Notes: a model not told the origin generated them from the letters alone. Shown: positions 31,500 to 41,502, numbered from the stretch's first letter. The stretch is DNA of 64,000 bases from an uncultured Alphaproteobacteria bacterium (GCA_902595855.1 CACJRY010000004.1:1500-65499); one strand, 5' to 3'. Program-made: numbers and translations.

Positions 31500-32901
31500 A
31501 CAATTATTTATTGATTTAAGTAAAATAGTCGGAAAAAAAAATATCATTACGAATGCTGAAGATTTAACAAAATATAATAATGATTGGAGAGGTTTCTATA
31601 ATAACAAGAGTTTATGTGTACTATTTCCAGAAAGTGTGAGTATTATAAAAAAAATTGTTAAGTATTGTTATAAAAAAAATATTAAAATTGTTCCCCAGGG
31701 TGGAAATACAAGTTTAACTGGTGCATCAGTGCCAACCTATAATAACAAAGAAATTATTATTAACTTTGCAAAACTCAATAAAATACTAGAAATTGATAAA
31801 AGTAACTTAACCATACTCGTCGAGTCAGGTTCAATATTAGCTAATATTAAAGAATATCTTGATAAACAAAATTATTATTTCCCAATTGATTTATCTTCTT
31901 CAGGCTCATGTATGATTGGTGGCAATATTGCTACAAACGCTGGTGGTATTAATGCTCTTAAGTATGGCAGCATAAAAGAAAACATTATTGGACTCGAAAT
32001 AGTGACTGGTAATGGCTCAATCATAACATCTTTATCAAAAATGAAAAAAAATAACACAGGTTACGATTTAAAATCTATTATATGTAATTCTGAAGGAACA
32101 CTGGGCTTGATAACAAAGGTATTGCTCAAAATATTTCCAAAACCTCAAGATAATTTTACTTTTTTTGTTGCTTATAAAGATCTGCAAACATGCATAAAAT
32201 CATTTAATCAAATTAGAGAACTATATTATGACAAACTGGAAAGTGCTGAATTAATTCCAGATTTGTCCATTGATGTATGTGTAAAAAATAATTTCTTAAA
32301 AAAACATTTTTTTGCAAATAAAATGCCTTGGTATGTTATCTATCGATTAAATCTTTATGAGGATAAAGCTTTATTTCAAGATATTTTTGAAAAAAAATTT
32401 AATCTAATAGATAAAAATATTAGTGATATTCTTATTCCTAATTCTATCAATCAAGAAACAAAAATATGGAAATTTAGAGATGATTTAATAGAAGCATATA
32501 AAATGGAGGGTAAAATAGTTACAAATGATATCTCTATTCCACTAAATAGGATGTATAGTTTTTTTAATATTGCAGAAAAAAATATTAAAAAAATGAATTC
32601 AAAAATTAAGCTACATCCTTTTGGGCACATTGGTGATGGAAATATCCATTATAATATGATTTTACCAAATGATATTTCCCATGAAAACTATTTAAAATTG
32701 AGAAACAAAATTTATTCATATGTAAATGAATTAGTTGAAAAATTTGATGGAAGTTTTAGTGCTGAACACGGCATAGGTCAGATTAAAAAAAATAGTTTAC
32801 TAAAATTTAAGTCTAAAAATGAAATTGATATAATGAAAAAATTAAAAAAAGTTTTCGACCGTAAAAATATTCTTAATCCAGGTAAAATTTTCGATGCTTA
32901 A
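31489..32901 (+). CDS. FAD-linked oxidase (GlcD / D-2-hydroxyacid dehydrogenase-like)
   Basis: 470 aa. PCMH-type FAD-binding domain (VPQGGNTSLTGASVP); C-terminal FAD-oxidase_C (SAEHGIGQIKK…LNPGKIF). Confidence 0.75.
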   Translation: MKTEQLFIDLSKIVGKKNIITNAEDLTKYNNDWRGFYNNKSLCVLFPESVSIIKKIVKYCYKKNIKIVPQGGNTSLTGASVPTYNNKEIIINFAKLNKILEIDKSNLTILVESGSILANIKEYLDKQNYYFPIDLSSSGSCMIGGNIATNAGGINALKYGSIKENIIGLEIVTGNGSIITSLSKMKKNNTGYDLKSIICNSEGTLGLITKVLLKIFPKPQDNFTFFVAYKDLQTCIKSFNQIRELYYDKLESAELIPDLSIDVCVKNNFLKKHFFANKMPWYVIYRLNLYEDKALFQDIFEKKFNLIDKNISDILIPNSINQETKIWKFRDDLIEAYKMEGKIVTNDISIPLNRMYSFFNIAEKNIKKMNSKIKLHPFGHIGDGNIHYNMILPNDISHENYLKLRNKIYSYVNELVEKFDGSFSAEHGIGQIKKNSLLKFKSKNEIDIMKKLKKVFDRKNILNPGKIFDA

Positions 32902-32902
32902 A

Positions 32903-34219
32903 TTAGCTATTTAAATAATCTCTGATTTTATAATATAAAATTGCGCTCGAATAAATTGGTCTTCTAAATATACTTCCTAATGGAATAGACATGTGATTGA
33001 TATCACTAAAAAATTTAAATCTTTCATGATCACCATAGATATTTTCTGCAATTAATTTGCCAGCAAGTACACTTAAAGCTAATCCATGACCAGAATAACC
33101 AAATGCATATGAAACTTTATTATTCATCAATGTTCCAAAATGAGGAAGTCTATTAACCGTAATTGCCAAGGTACCACCCCAAGAATAATCAATTTTTATA
33201 TTTTTTAATTGAGGAAAAACTTTTATCATTCTTTTAGAAACAAAGGATGTTGCATTTTTTACAAAATTAGAAGTAAATGTTTCTCCGCCTCCAAAAACCA
33301 TTCTCCAATCTTCAGAAAATCTATAATAATCAATAATAAATCTAGTATCGCAAACTGCGTAATTATTTTTTATTATTTCCCTAGCTCTCTTTTCACCTAA
33401 AGGCTCAGTAGCAACAATATAATTATTGATTGGTATAAATTTATTTTTTTTAGAACCTAAAATAGTATCCAAATAACCATTACAAGCAACTACAAGCTTA
33501 TTAGCCCTAATTGTTCCTTTTTTTGATATTACTTTAACCCTATCACCCTCTTCTTTAATTTTTTCTATAGGTGTATTTTCAAATATTTTAACTTTATTTT
33601 CTTGCGCAACTTTTGCTAAACCAATTGTTAATTTTAAAGGATTAAGATGGTAACTGCCAGAATTAAGCATGCCAGCAATATACATTTTTGAATTAATTTC
33701 TTCTCTAACCTGTGACTTATTATAAAACTTATATCCATCAAAATTATAATGTTTATACATATGTTCGATTTCAAATTTGTACTCCTCAATATCTTTTTCA
33801 AAACATGCAGCTGACATAACACCATTAGTAAGATGGCAATTTATTTCATGTTCATTTATTAAATTTATTGTCTGATCAACAGCCTCAAGTCCTAAATTCC
33901 AAAGTTCTTTGGCATGACTCAGGCCTAATTTTTGCTCAATTGTATATTGATCTTTCCTCATACCAATACCAAGCTGACCACCATTTCTTCCAGAGGCTCC
34001 CCACCCTATTTTTCTTGCTTCACATAATATAACTGAGTATCCTTTATTACTCAGATTAATAGCACTTGAAATTCCAGTTAATCCACCTCCAACAATACAG
34101 ATATCTGCATCTATATCTGAAGTTAAATGATCTTGAGAATTTAAATCTTCAACAGAACTCCTATAAAAACTAATTTTTTCATTATCATGTTGTTCATAGG
34201 TTCTATTTTTGTTAAACAT
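32903..34219 (-). CDS. DAO-family FAD oxidoreductase (gamma-glutamylpolyamine oxidase PuuB/PauB-like)
   Basis: 438 aa. ICIVGGGLTGISSA…CEARKIGWGASGRNGGQ, typical of PuuB/OrdL-type enzymes. Divergent from a GS-like gene. Confidence 0.75.
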   Translation of the reverse strand: MFNKNRTYEQHDNEKISFYRSSVEDLNSQDHLTSDIDADICIVGGGLTGISSAINLSNKGYSVILCEARKIGWGASGRNGGQLGIGMRKDQYTIEQKLGLSHAKELWNLGLEAVDQTINLINEHEINCHLTNGVMSAACFEKDIEEYKFEIEHMYKHYNFDGYKFYNKSQVREEINSKMYIAGMLNSGSYHLNPLKLTIGLAKVAQENKVKIFENTPIEKIKEEGDRVKVISKKGTIRANKLVVACNGYLDTILGSKKNKFIPINNYIVATEPLGEKRAREIIKNNYAVCDTRFIIDYYRFSEDWRMVFGGGETFTSNFVKNATSFVSKRMIKVFPQLKNIKIDYSWGGTLAITVNRLPHFGTLMNNKVSYAFGYSGHGLALSVLAGKLIAENIYGDHERFKFFSDINHMSIPLGSIFRRPIYSSAILYYKIRDYLNS

Positions 34220-34286
34220 AAAAAATATATATGTCTTTATCTAATTTATTCCTCTAAACAAGAATAACTCTAATTTTATATTTCCT

Positions 34287-35651
34287 ATGAAAGAAAACTT
34301 TAAAAAATGGCTTAGTGATAACTCAATTACTGAAGTAGAATGCCTAGTCCCTGACTTAGGAGGTATCGCAAGAGGTAAAATCCTACCAACTAAGAAATTT
34401 ATTCAGGGTTTGGAAAATGATAGTCATAGGTTGCCTCAATCAGTTTTTATTCAAACTATTTCTGGAGGATATGCTACTGAAGATGAAGAATTGCCAGTGG
34501 ATGTCTATAATCCAACAGATATTGATGTAATTTTAAGACCTGATTTCAATACAATTCGAAGTGTACCCTGGTATGAGGATCCAACAGCTCAAGTGATTTG
34601 TGATGCTGTAAATCTCAATGGTACACATGTAATAAATTCAAGCCGATCAGTTCTTAAAAAAATTTTAAAACTTTTTGATGAACAAGGTTATCAACCTATA
34701 GTTTCACCCGAAGTAGAATTTTACTTAGTTAAACCAAATCCTGACTCTGACTACCCATTAGAGGTGCCAATTGGACAATCAGGAAGAGAAGAAACTGGCA
34801 AACAAGCATTTGGAATAGATGCAGTAAATGAATTCGATAATTTATTTGAAGATGTTTATAATTTCTGTGAAAATCAAAATATAGAAATTGATACAATAAA
34901 TCATGAGAGTGGTTCAGCTCAAATGGAAATTAATTTTCAGCATGGTGATCCTCTTGAATTAGCTGATCAAGTATTTTTATTTAAAAGAACACTCAGACAA
35001 GCTGCAATAAAACATAAACTGTATGCAACTTTCATGGCAAAACCTATGGAAAATCAACCAGGAAGTTCATTACATTTACATCAATCTTTAATTCGAAAAA
35101 AAAATAAAAAGAACGTATTTTTTAGTAAAAAAAGTACCATTTCAAATTTGATGAAAAACTATATTGCAGGACTTCAAACTTATACTCCAAACCTTATGCC
35201 AATACATGCACCTAATATTAATTCATATAGACGTTTGTTTGCTACATGGGATGCGCCTAGAAATACTAACTGGGGTTTAGGAAACCGATCGTGCGGTTTT
35301 AGAATCCCTTCAAATGAAGAACATAGTATGAGAATTGAAAACAGAATATCAGGTGCAGATACTAACCCATATTTAGTGTTTGCCGCAAATTTAGCTGCAG
35401 GTTATTTAGGTATTAAAAATAAACTCAAACCATCACCTGAAACTAAAAAAAGTGTTTTTGGCAAAGATAAAAGTTCATTGCCAAAAAACGTAGAGGAAGC
35501 AATTTTATTGTTTGAAAATGATGAGCAGATTAATGAAGTGTTTAATCAAAAATTTATAAGAACAATAGCAGCAATTAGAAGAGTAGAAAATCAAGCATAT
35601 TTAAAAGTAGTTAGCTCTTGGGAAAGAGAATTCTTATTACTCAATGTTTAA
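34287..35651 (+). CDS. glutamine synthetase family protein (gamma-glutamylpolyamine/alkylamine synthetase, PuuA/PauA/GmaS-like)
   Basis: 454 aa. GS catalytic domain blocks (PEVEFYL, ESGSAQMEINF, GSSLHLHQS, NINSYRRL, NRSCGFRIP, RIENRISGADTNPYL). Confidence 0.8.
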   Translation: MKENFKKWLSDNSITEVECLVPDLGGIARGKILPTKKFIQGLENDSHRLPQSVFIQTISGGYATEDEELPVDVYNPTDIDVILRPDFNTIRSVPWYEDPTAQVICDAVNLNGTHVINSSRSVLKKILKLFDEQGYQPIVSPEVEFYLVKPNPDSDYPLEVPIGQSGREETGKQAFGIDAVNEFDNLFEDVYNFCENQNIEIDTINHESGSAQMEINFQHGDPLELADQVFLFKRTLRQAAIKHKLYATFMAKPMENQPGSSLHLHQSLIRKKNKKNVFFSKKSTISNLMKNYIAGLQTYTPNLMPIHAPNINSYRRLFATWDAPRNTNWGLGNRSCGFRIPSNEEHSMRIENRISGADTNPYLVFAANLAAGYLGIKNKLKPSPETKKSVFGKDKSSLPKNVEEAILLFENDEQINEVFNQKFIRTIAAIRRVENQAYLKVVSSWEREFLLLNV

Positions 35652-37670
35652 ATTGGCATCTCTTTTACTTAAATAAATCTCTGATAAATCATCATCAAAC
35701 TCCATAGCAAATTTTCTTCCTTCATAAACAGCTGCAGCTATAGTAGATGGATTTAAACAATCTCCAATTTTATTAATAGATTTAAATTTTTTACTTTTTG
35801 TGTTTTTAATTAATTCATAAAACAAACTATCATTTGGCAACCTAGAAGTAATCATAACAATTGCATCAATATTAATTTTGGATATTTTTTCAGTATATAT
35901 GCAAGATAATGATAATTCCTTACCCTCATATGAGATAATATTTTTAGATAATTCTAATTTGACTCCAGTTTCAATTAAAGATTTTTGATAATTAAATTGC
36001 TCAGAGGTAAAATTTCCAAACTCACATACAACAGCAGAAGTTGAAATATATATTACTTGATTTCCTTTTTTTTGAAGTAGCTCAGCAATTACAGGTCCTA
36101 AATAATAGTAATCATCATCAAATATAGCAATATTTCCTGATGGAAGTTTCCCATTCATTATGTCATCAGGGGTATAAGTATTTTTGCTATTTTTTAATTT
36201 TTTTATGGGCTGAGTATTTGACCTTCCAAAACCATCTGATCTCCATTTTGATCCTGTCGCAAATATAATTCGATCTGCCTCTGAATTTAAAATATCTTCT
36301 GTTTCAAGTTTACTATTAGTATAAGCTTTTACATTTTGTAACTTTAAAAATTGCTGTTGACGGTAATCTCTTACTCTTATCCATGCATTTAATGAAGGTA
36401 GTTTTGATTCTAATAATGCTCTTCCACCTATTTCATCTTTTTCTTCTGATAGCATAACTTGATGGCCTCTCTTGCCCAAAGCATGAGCCGCTTCTAATCC
36501 AGACGGTCCTGCACCTATAATTAAAAAAGAGTCATTTGATTTTTTTTGAGGTAGTATTTCTGGGTGCCATTTTCTTTTCCATTCTTCACCAATGGTAGGA
36601 TTTTGTGTACATCTTATTGGAACACCAAGTTGATCACCCGTATAACAAATATTACAACCAATGCATTCTCGTATGTCATCTAGCCTATTTTCCTGAATTT
36701 TTTTTGGTAAAAAAGGATCAGCAATTGATGGCCTTGCACAACCAATTATATCAATTAAATTTTTGTTTATCATAGATGCCATCTTATCTGGAGAAGTAAA
36801 TCGACCTACAGCAACTACTGGTTTTGAAGTAAATTTTTTTATTTGACCTAAAAAATTTATATTATCGCCTTCTTCAACAAATCTTGAAGATCCTAATTCA
36901 ATGTCCCAATTTGAGGGTGTAAGATCCCATAAATCTGGGAGCTCTGCAATTTCATTAAAAAAATCATAGGTTTCATTTATATTGTTTATATTTTCATCAG
37001 GAGAAAATCTGACTGCAACTGCCATCTTATCTTGAGCTTCTTCTTTTAAGATTGCAATTATTTCTTTCAATAACTTAGATCTACCTTTTGCATCACCACC
37101 GTAATAATCATCCCTGTCATTAATTTCTGTATTTTGAAAATTATGCAAAAGATAATAATGATTTGCATATGCATAAATAATATCAAATTCAGCTTCTTTT
37201 GCTCTTATAACTGCTTTTCTAAACCATGATCTTAAATCTCTGAAATCTTGTTGATCCATTTTTCTTGATTGAAAAGGCACCCCTTTTATATTTGGTCTTG
37301 AATTTAAATCTAAAGGAGCAATTCTTGTATACTGACTAGAAGCATTGGCACCACTATACCAAAGTTCAACACCTGCTAAAGCGCCGTGAGTATGCACTTT
37401 TTCTGTCATTAGTTGATGAGCTTTAACATCAGATGCATCCCACAAAGAAGCATAGGAGTGAGGAAGATCATCTGAACTTGGATGAATTGAGCAATATTCA
37501 GTATTTACAACACCCCAACCGCCTTCAGCTTTTATCCCTCTCAATGCAGCTAACATATTCGGCCTCTGCCAACCCATTCCTGTGCAATGAGGAACTTGAT
37601 AAAATCTATTTTTAGATGTTACGGGGCCTATTTTTATTGGTTCAAATAAAATTTTATAATTTGGGTTCAT
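35637..37670 (-). CDS. trimethylamine-dehydrogenase-family FMN/[4Fe-4S] amine dehydrogenase (StcD N-methylproline demethylase / TMADH / histamine dehydrogenase-like)
   Basis: 677 aa. N-terminus ILFEPIKIGPVTSKNRFYQVPHCTGMG is nearly identical to TMADH as I recall it, including the Cys used for 6-S-cysteinyl-FMN. Cluster motif CIGCNICYTGDQLGVPIRC (C-x2-C-x2-C-x11-C); ADP-binding IIGAGPSGLEAA. The length matches StcD-type rather than the 729-aa TMADH. Confidence 0.8.
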   Translation of the reverse strand: MNPNYKILFEPIKIGPVTSKNRFYQVPHCTGMGWQRPNMLAALRGIKAEGGWGVVNTEYCSIHPSSDDLPHSYASLWDASDVKAHQLMTEKVHTHGALAGVELWYSGANASSQYTRIAPLDLNSRPNIKGVPFQSRKMDQQDFRDLRSWFRKAVIRAKEAEFDIIYAYANHYYLLHNFQNTEINDRDDYYGGDAKGRSKLLKEIIAILKEEAQDKMAVAVRFSPDENINNINETYDFFNEIAELPDLWDLTPSNWDIELGSSRFVEEGDNINFLGQIKKFTSKPVVAVGRFTSPDKMASMINKNLIDIIGCARPSIADPFLPKKIQENRLDDIRECIGCNICYTGDQLGVPIRCTQNPTIGEEWKRKWHPEILPQKKSNDSFLIIGAGPSGLEAAHALGKRGHQVMLSEEKDEIGGRALLESKLPSLNAWIRVRDYRQQQFLKLQNVKAYTNSKLETEDILNSEADRIIFATGSKWRSDGFGRSNTQPIKKLKNSKNTYTPDDIMNGKLPSGNIAIFDDDYYYLGPVIAELLQKKGNQVIYISTSAVVCEFGNFTSEQFNYQKSLIETGVKLELSKNIISYEGKELSLSCIYTEKISKINIDAIVMITSRLPNDSLFYELIKNTKSKKFKSINKIGDCLNPSTIAAAVYEGRKFAMEFDDDLSEIYLSKRDANLNIE

Positions 37671-37696
37671 AATTTAATTGCTTACGCAACTAAATA

Positions 37697-38929
37697 CTAT
37701 GCCAGACTTTTTTCAAGATGTCTTAAGTACCATTTTTTAAATTTCTCTAATCCTTTTTCCATTTCTGAAAGAGGTCCTGGAATATATTTTTCAGATAAAA
37801 CTCCTTTTTGATTATCTTCAATAATTCTTTTGTCAGCTATCGTTGTTACATCCCACATCCATTTCATTTCATCAAGATTATAGTCTTTGCCCTCTTCTGC
37901 ATCTTTATGAACTAACCACATTAACTCTACCTGAGTATATAAAGGTGAAACTGGTATAAATGTAAATAATGTTGCAAAATCATTACACATTAAGAGGCTA
38001 TTAAATGGTGATGTACCAACTGACGTGTATCCACAATCATAATCTGTAAATTTACCCATTAATTTAGATACTGGTTTTCCTGATTTGGTCTCAGTAAACA
38101 TCCCTTCTTTTAAAGGTGTTCTCTCAGCACTTCTTGAATAGTCGTTAAATTCAGTTTCTGAATACTCTCCAGTTAAGTGACCCATTTTTTTTACCTTTTC
38201 ATTCCATTCGGATAAAACTCTATCAAATTTTTCTGAAGCTGGTCCTGTGTTACTTCCTGCGCCATAGGCAATTATATATTCTTTGTCATGCACTTGACAG
38301 TATTCAGGGTGTGATGGATGGCAATGATAACACTCATGAAAGTTATCAAGGGTAAGTTTCCAATTACCATGTGTAGGATAGTACTGTCTGTGAGCAATCT
38401 TTGCATCAGCTAGACCATGAAATTCTATAAATTTTTTTGTTGGCGATATAAATTCCTCAAAGCTATTAGGTTTTTCAGATAGATTAATAAAAATTAAACC
38501 CTCAAAAATTTTTACATTACATTCATGCAAGTGCCATTGGTTTTTATCAAAACCTTTTTCCATTAACCTAGCACCTCTTAAAGATCCATCTAAATTATAA
38601 GTCCATGCATGATAAGGACAAATTAAAGCTTTTGTATTTCCCTCATTTTCTAAACAAATATGAGACCCTCGATGACGACATACATTGTAATGAGCATGTA
38701 CCGAATTGTCTTTATCTCTAATAATTATTATCGACTCTTTACCAATATTAAAAAGAAAATAATCCCCATAGTTTGGTATTCTAGAGACATGACCAACAAA
38801 CACCCATTGTTTTGAAAAAATATTTTTAATATCAAGATCAAAAATATGCTGATTTATATAAAATTCTTGATCTAGAGAAAAATTACTTTTTTGCTTTTGG
38901 ATTAAATGTTTTAGATCAGTATTATTCAT
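37697..38929 (-). CDS. Rieske [2Fe-2S] non-haem-iron oxygenase alpha subunit (quaternary-amine demethylase/monooxygenase-like: Stc2/GbcA/CntA class)
   Basis: Rieske motif CRHRGSHIC…CPYHAWTY; mononuclear iron region DNFHECYHCHPSHPEY. The ORF track extends to a TTG at 38965 (MNAYSINIIIIF…). I prefer the ATG at 38929 (MNNTDLKHL…) because the extension overlaps a palindromic operator-like site. Confidence 0.8.
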   Translation of the reverse strand: MNNTDLKHLIQKQKSNFSLDQEFYINQHIFDLDIKNIFSKQWVFVGHVSRIPNYGDYFLFNIGKESIIIIRDKDNSVHAHYNVCRHRGSHICLENEGNTKALICPYHAWTYNLDGSLRGARLMEKGFDKNQWHLHECNVKIFEGLIFINLSEKPNSFEEFISPTKKFIEFHGLADAKIAHRQYYPTHGNWKLTLDNFHECYHCHPSHPEYCQVHDKEYIIAYGAGSNTGPASEKFDRVLSEWNEKVKKMGHLTGEYSETEFNDYSRSAERTPLKEGMFTETKSGKPVSKLMGKFTDYDCGYTSVGTSPFNSLLMCNDFATLFTFIPVSPLYTQVELMWLVHKDAEEGKDYNLDEMKWMWDVTTIADKRIIEDNQKGVLSEKYIPGPLSEMEKGLEKFKKWYLRHLEKSLA

Positions 38930-38948
38930 AAATATTATTATAATATTG

Positions 38949-38966
38949 ATTGAATAAGCATTCAAT
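38949..38966. promoter_or_regulatory. palindromic operator-like site ATTGAAT-AAGC-ATTCAAT (site 1 of 3)
   Basis: Perfect 7-4-7 inverted repeat in the divergent spacer between the Rieske gene and the DAO-type gene, 18 nt before the ATG at 38984. Same core (TTGAAT-N4-ATTCAA) as 49862-49877 and 58175-58189. Confidence 0.45.
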
Positions 38967-38983
38967 GAAATTTATACTATCTT

Positions 38984-40321
38984 ATGGCAAACCTGTACCA
39001 TAATGATATTTATAAATTCGAAAAACCCATAAACAGTTATTGGGAGTCAACAATTTCCACACACGGCAAATACGAAACTTTTCAAAAAGATTTAAGCACA
39101 AATGTGGTTGTAATTGGCGGAGGCTATACAGGCATGTCTTGCGCTTTATCCTTGGCTAAAGAATATAATGAAGAAGTAGTTTTGCTTGAAGCAGGACATA
39201 TAGGATGGGGATCTTCTGGAAGAAATGCTGGTTTCTGCTGCATACCTCCTGCAAAAATGTCTGTAAAAAAAATGTTCAAAAAATTTGGAAAAAAAGAAAC
39301 AAAAAAATTTTTTCAAAATACAATTGAAGGTTCCAAATTTACTAAAAATATAATTTTAGAGTATAATATTGATTGTGATCTAACAGGAGATAGAAATTTT
39401 GAAGTTGCACCTCATCCAAGTTACTTTGAAAGTATTAAAGATGAAGCTGAAACCTATAAAAAAGAATTTGGAATTGAAACTCAAGTTTATTCAAAAGAAG
39501 AGTTTAATGAAATTGGTCATGGCGGAAATGAGCAATTCGGAGCCATGTCATATCAGCCAGGTTTTGCAATTAATCCGCTTAAATTTTTACTAGGTATGGC
39601 GAATGAAGCAAAAAAATCAGGAGTAAAGATTTTTCAAAAAAGTAAAGTTACTAAAATTGAAAAAAATAATGGAAAATATAAAATCATCTCAAATGGTCAC
39701 ACTATTAAAGCTAATAAAGTTGTTATGGCAACAAATGGTTTTTATAAAGATGATATTTTTCCTCAATTAAACAATATGATACTACCTGTAATATCTAATA
39801 TAATTATTACAAGACCACTCACAAAAGATGAAATTGACTCACATAATTTTATTACCAATAATCCTGTATTAAACATCAGAAATCTTCTTTTTTATTATAG
39901 ATTATTAAAAGACAATAGATTTTTATTTGGAGCAAGAGGAGATTTGATTGGTAGTGAAAAATCATCACTAGAAAAATCAAAAAGTATGGAAAAGCAAATG
40001 AAGAATGTATTTCCAAATTGGAGTAATATTAATATTGATTTTCATTGGAGGGGTTTAGTTGCGGTCACGGCTAAATTTACTCCCTCAATTGGAAAATTAG
40101 ACGATGATGAAATTTATTACAGCTTTGGATATCAAGCTAATGGAGTTAATACTGCACCATGGTCAGGAAATCAATTAGCTAAATTGATTATGTCAAACAG
40201 TAAAGAATTAGACATATCGAACTTATACAAAGGCCTTCCTAATAAATTTCCTTTTCCTAAATTGAGGTTATTTTATCTTAGATTAGCACTAGCGTATTAT
40301 AAATTTATGGATAAATATTAA
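38984..40321 (+). CDS. DAO-family FAD oxidoreductase (PuuB/PauB-like paralog)
   Basis: 445 aa. VVVIGGGYTGMSCA…LEAGHIGWGSSGRNAGF; paralogous in layout to 32903-34219. Confidence 0.75.
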   Translation: MANLYHNDIYKFEKPINSYWESTISTHGKYETFQKDLSTNVVVIGGGYTGMSCALSLAKEYNEEVVLLEAGHIGWGSSGRNAGFCCIPPAKMSVKKMFKKFGKKETKKFFQNTIEGSKFTKNIILEYNIDCDLTGDRNFEVAPHPSYFESIKDEAETYKKEFGIETQVYSKEEFNEIGHGGNEQFGAMSYQPGFAINPLKFLLGMANEAKKSGVKIFQKSKVTKIEKNNGKYKIISNGHTIKANKVVMATNGFYKDDIFPQLNNMILPVISNIIITRPLTKDEIDSHNFITNNPVLNIRNLLFYYRLLKDNRFLFGARGDLIGSEKSSLEKSKSMEKQMKNVFPNWSNINIDFHWRGLVAVTAKFTPSIGKLDDDEIYYSFGYQANGVNTAPWSGNQLAKLIMSNSKELDISNLYKGLPNKFPFPKLRLFYLRLALAYYKFMDKY

Positions 40322-40452
40322 TGAAAAATAAAATTATTTTAATTTTTTTTGCTATTTTTTTAGTGATGGGTTGTGCTGATACAATATCAAAGAAAGGAAA
40401 AAAGGGTGATTTCTCCTTTAGAAAATGTACAAGCTGTGACTCAACAAATTAA
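40321..40452 (+). CDS. 43-aa putative lipoprotein (unannotated small ORF)
   Basis: Below the ORF-track size cut-off. My translation: MKNKIILIFFAIFLVMGCADTISKKGKKGDFSFRKCTSCDSTN. It has a basic N-terminus, a hydrophobic core and an LVMGC lipobox. The ATG overlaps the upstream stop (TAATG), and its TAA is immediately followed by the aguA ATG. Confidence 0.5.
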   Translation: MKNKIILIFFAIFLVMGCADTISKKGKKGDFSFRKCTSCDSTN

Positions 40453-41502
40453 ATGACATATCCGCAATCCTTAAATTACTACATGCCTCCTGAATGGTAC
40501 CAACATGAATGTTGTTGGATGCAATGGCCACATGAAGATCCAAATAGAAATTCGTATCTTGAAGTTGAAAGTTGGTCACATTTTGATTTTGAAAAGGGAA
40601 GACATAAATGGGCTGAAGTTGCAAAAGCGATATCTAATTTTGAAAAAGTAAAAATGATTGTTCATCCTATGGATATAAAAATTGCAAAAACGATACTCCA
40701 TAATTCAATTGAGATCTGTGAGATTAAAAATGATGATTGTTGGGCACGAGACTCCGGTGCTACATTCTTATTAAATGATCAAAGAAAATTAGGAGGAATT
40801 GATTGGGAATTTAATGGTTGGGGGAAATTTAGTCCTCACGACTCAGATAATAAAATTGCAAAATTTATGATTGAGAAAAGTTCGGCAAAATATTTTAAAT
40901 CTTCAATGGTTCTGGAGGGAGGTTCTATACATGTAGATGGTGCAGGAACGCTAATTACAACTGAACAATGTTTATTAAATAAAAATAGAAACCCAAATCT
41001 TTCAAAAATAGAAATAGAAGAAAACCTAAAAAAATATTTAAACATTAAAAAAATTATTTGGTTAAAGCACGGAACTGACGAAGGTACTGATGGACATGTA
41101 GACAATATAGCCTGCTTTGCTGATGAGAATAAAGTTTTAGCTTTAGCTTGTAATGATAAACAGGATCCATTTTATGATAAATTAAATGAAAATCTTGAAA
41201 TATTAAAAACAGAAAAAGATGCTGACGGCAGAAGACTAGAAGTAATTGAAATTGAAATGTCCTACAAGAGACTTATTCCTGATGATGATGAGCCAAGCTC
41301 ATATATAAATTTTTACATTGCGAATGGAGGAATAGTCATGCCTTCATTTGATGATGAAAAAGCAGATAAAAAAGCTCATAATATAATTAAATCAGTTTTC
41401 CCTAAAAGAAAAATCTTAGCTCTTAATGGAATTGATATTTCTCTTGGAGGTGGAAATATTCATTGCATAACACAACAACAACCATTAAGCATTAACAAAT
41501 GA
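40453..41502 (+). CDS. aguA: agmatine deiminase
   Basis: 349 aa. PAD_porph family: MPPEWYQHECCWMQWP, CWARDSG, C-terminal GGGNIHCITQQQP with the catalytic Cys. Confidence 0.9.
   Translation: MTYPQSLNYYMPPEWYQHECCWMQWPHEDPNRNSYLEVESWSHFDFEKGRHKWAEVAKAISNFEKVKMIVHPMDIKIAKTILHNSIEICEIKNDDCWARDSGATFLLNDQRKLGGIDWEFNGWGKFSPHDSDNKIAKFMIEKSSAKYFKSSMVLEGGSIHVDGAGTLITTEQCLLNKNRNPNLSKIEIEENLKKYLNIKKIIWLKHGTDEGTDGHVDNIACFADENKVLALACNDKQDPFYDKLNENLEILKTEKDADGRRLEVIEIEMSYKRLIPDDDEPSSYINFYIANGGIVMPSFDDEKADKKAHNIIKSVFPKRKILALNGIDISLGGGNIHCITQQQPLSINK

Noticed and set aside
35637-37670. Calling the 677-aa flavo-Fe-S protein a 2,4-dienoyl-CoA reductase (FadH), which has similar length and domain order
   Set aside because: Its N-terminal region matches TMADH far better than FadH as I recall both. 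This includes the VPHC cysteine for covalent FMN and the TMADH-type spacing of the Fe-S cysteines. An adjacent Rieske demethylase-like gene supports an amine substrate.
40418-40624. 68-aa minus-strand ORF spanning the lipoprotein/aguA junction
   Set aside because: It is antisense to two tightly coupled plus-strand genes, including the strongly supported aguA N-terminus.
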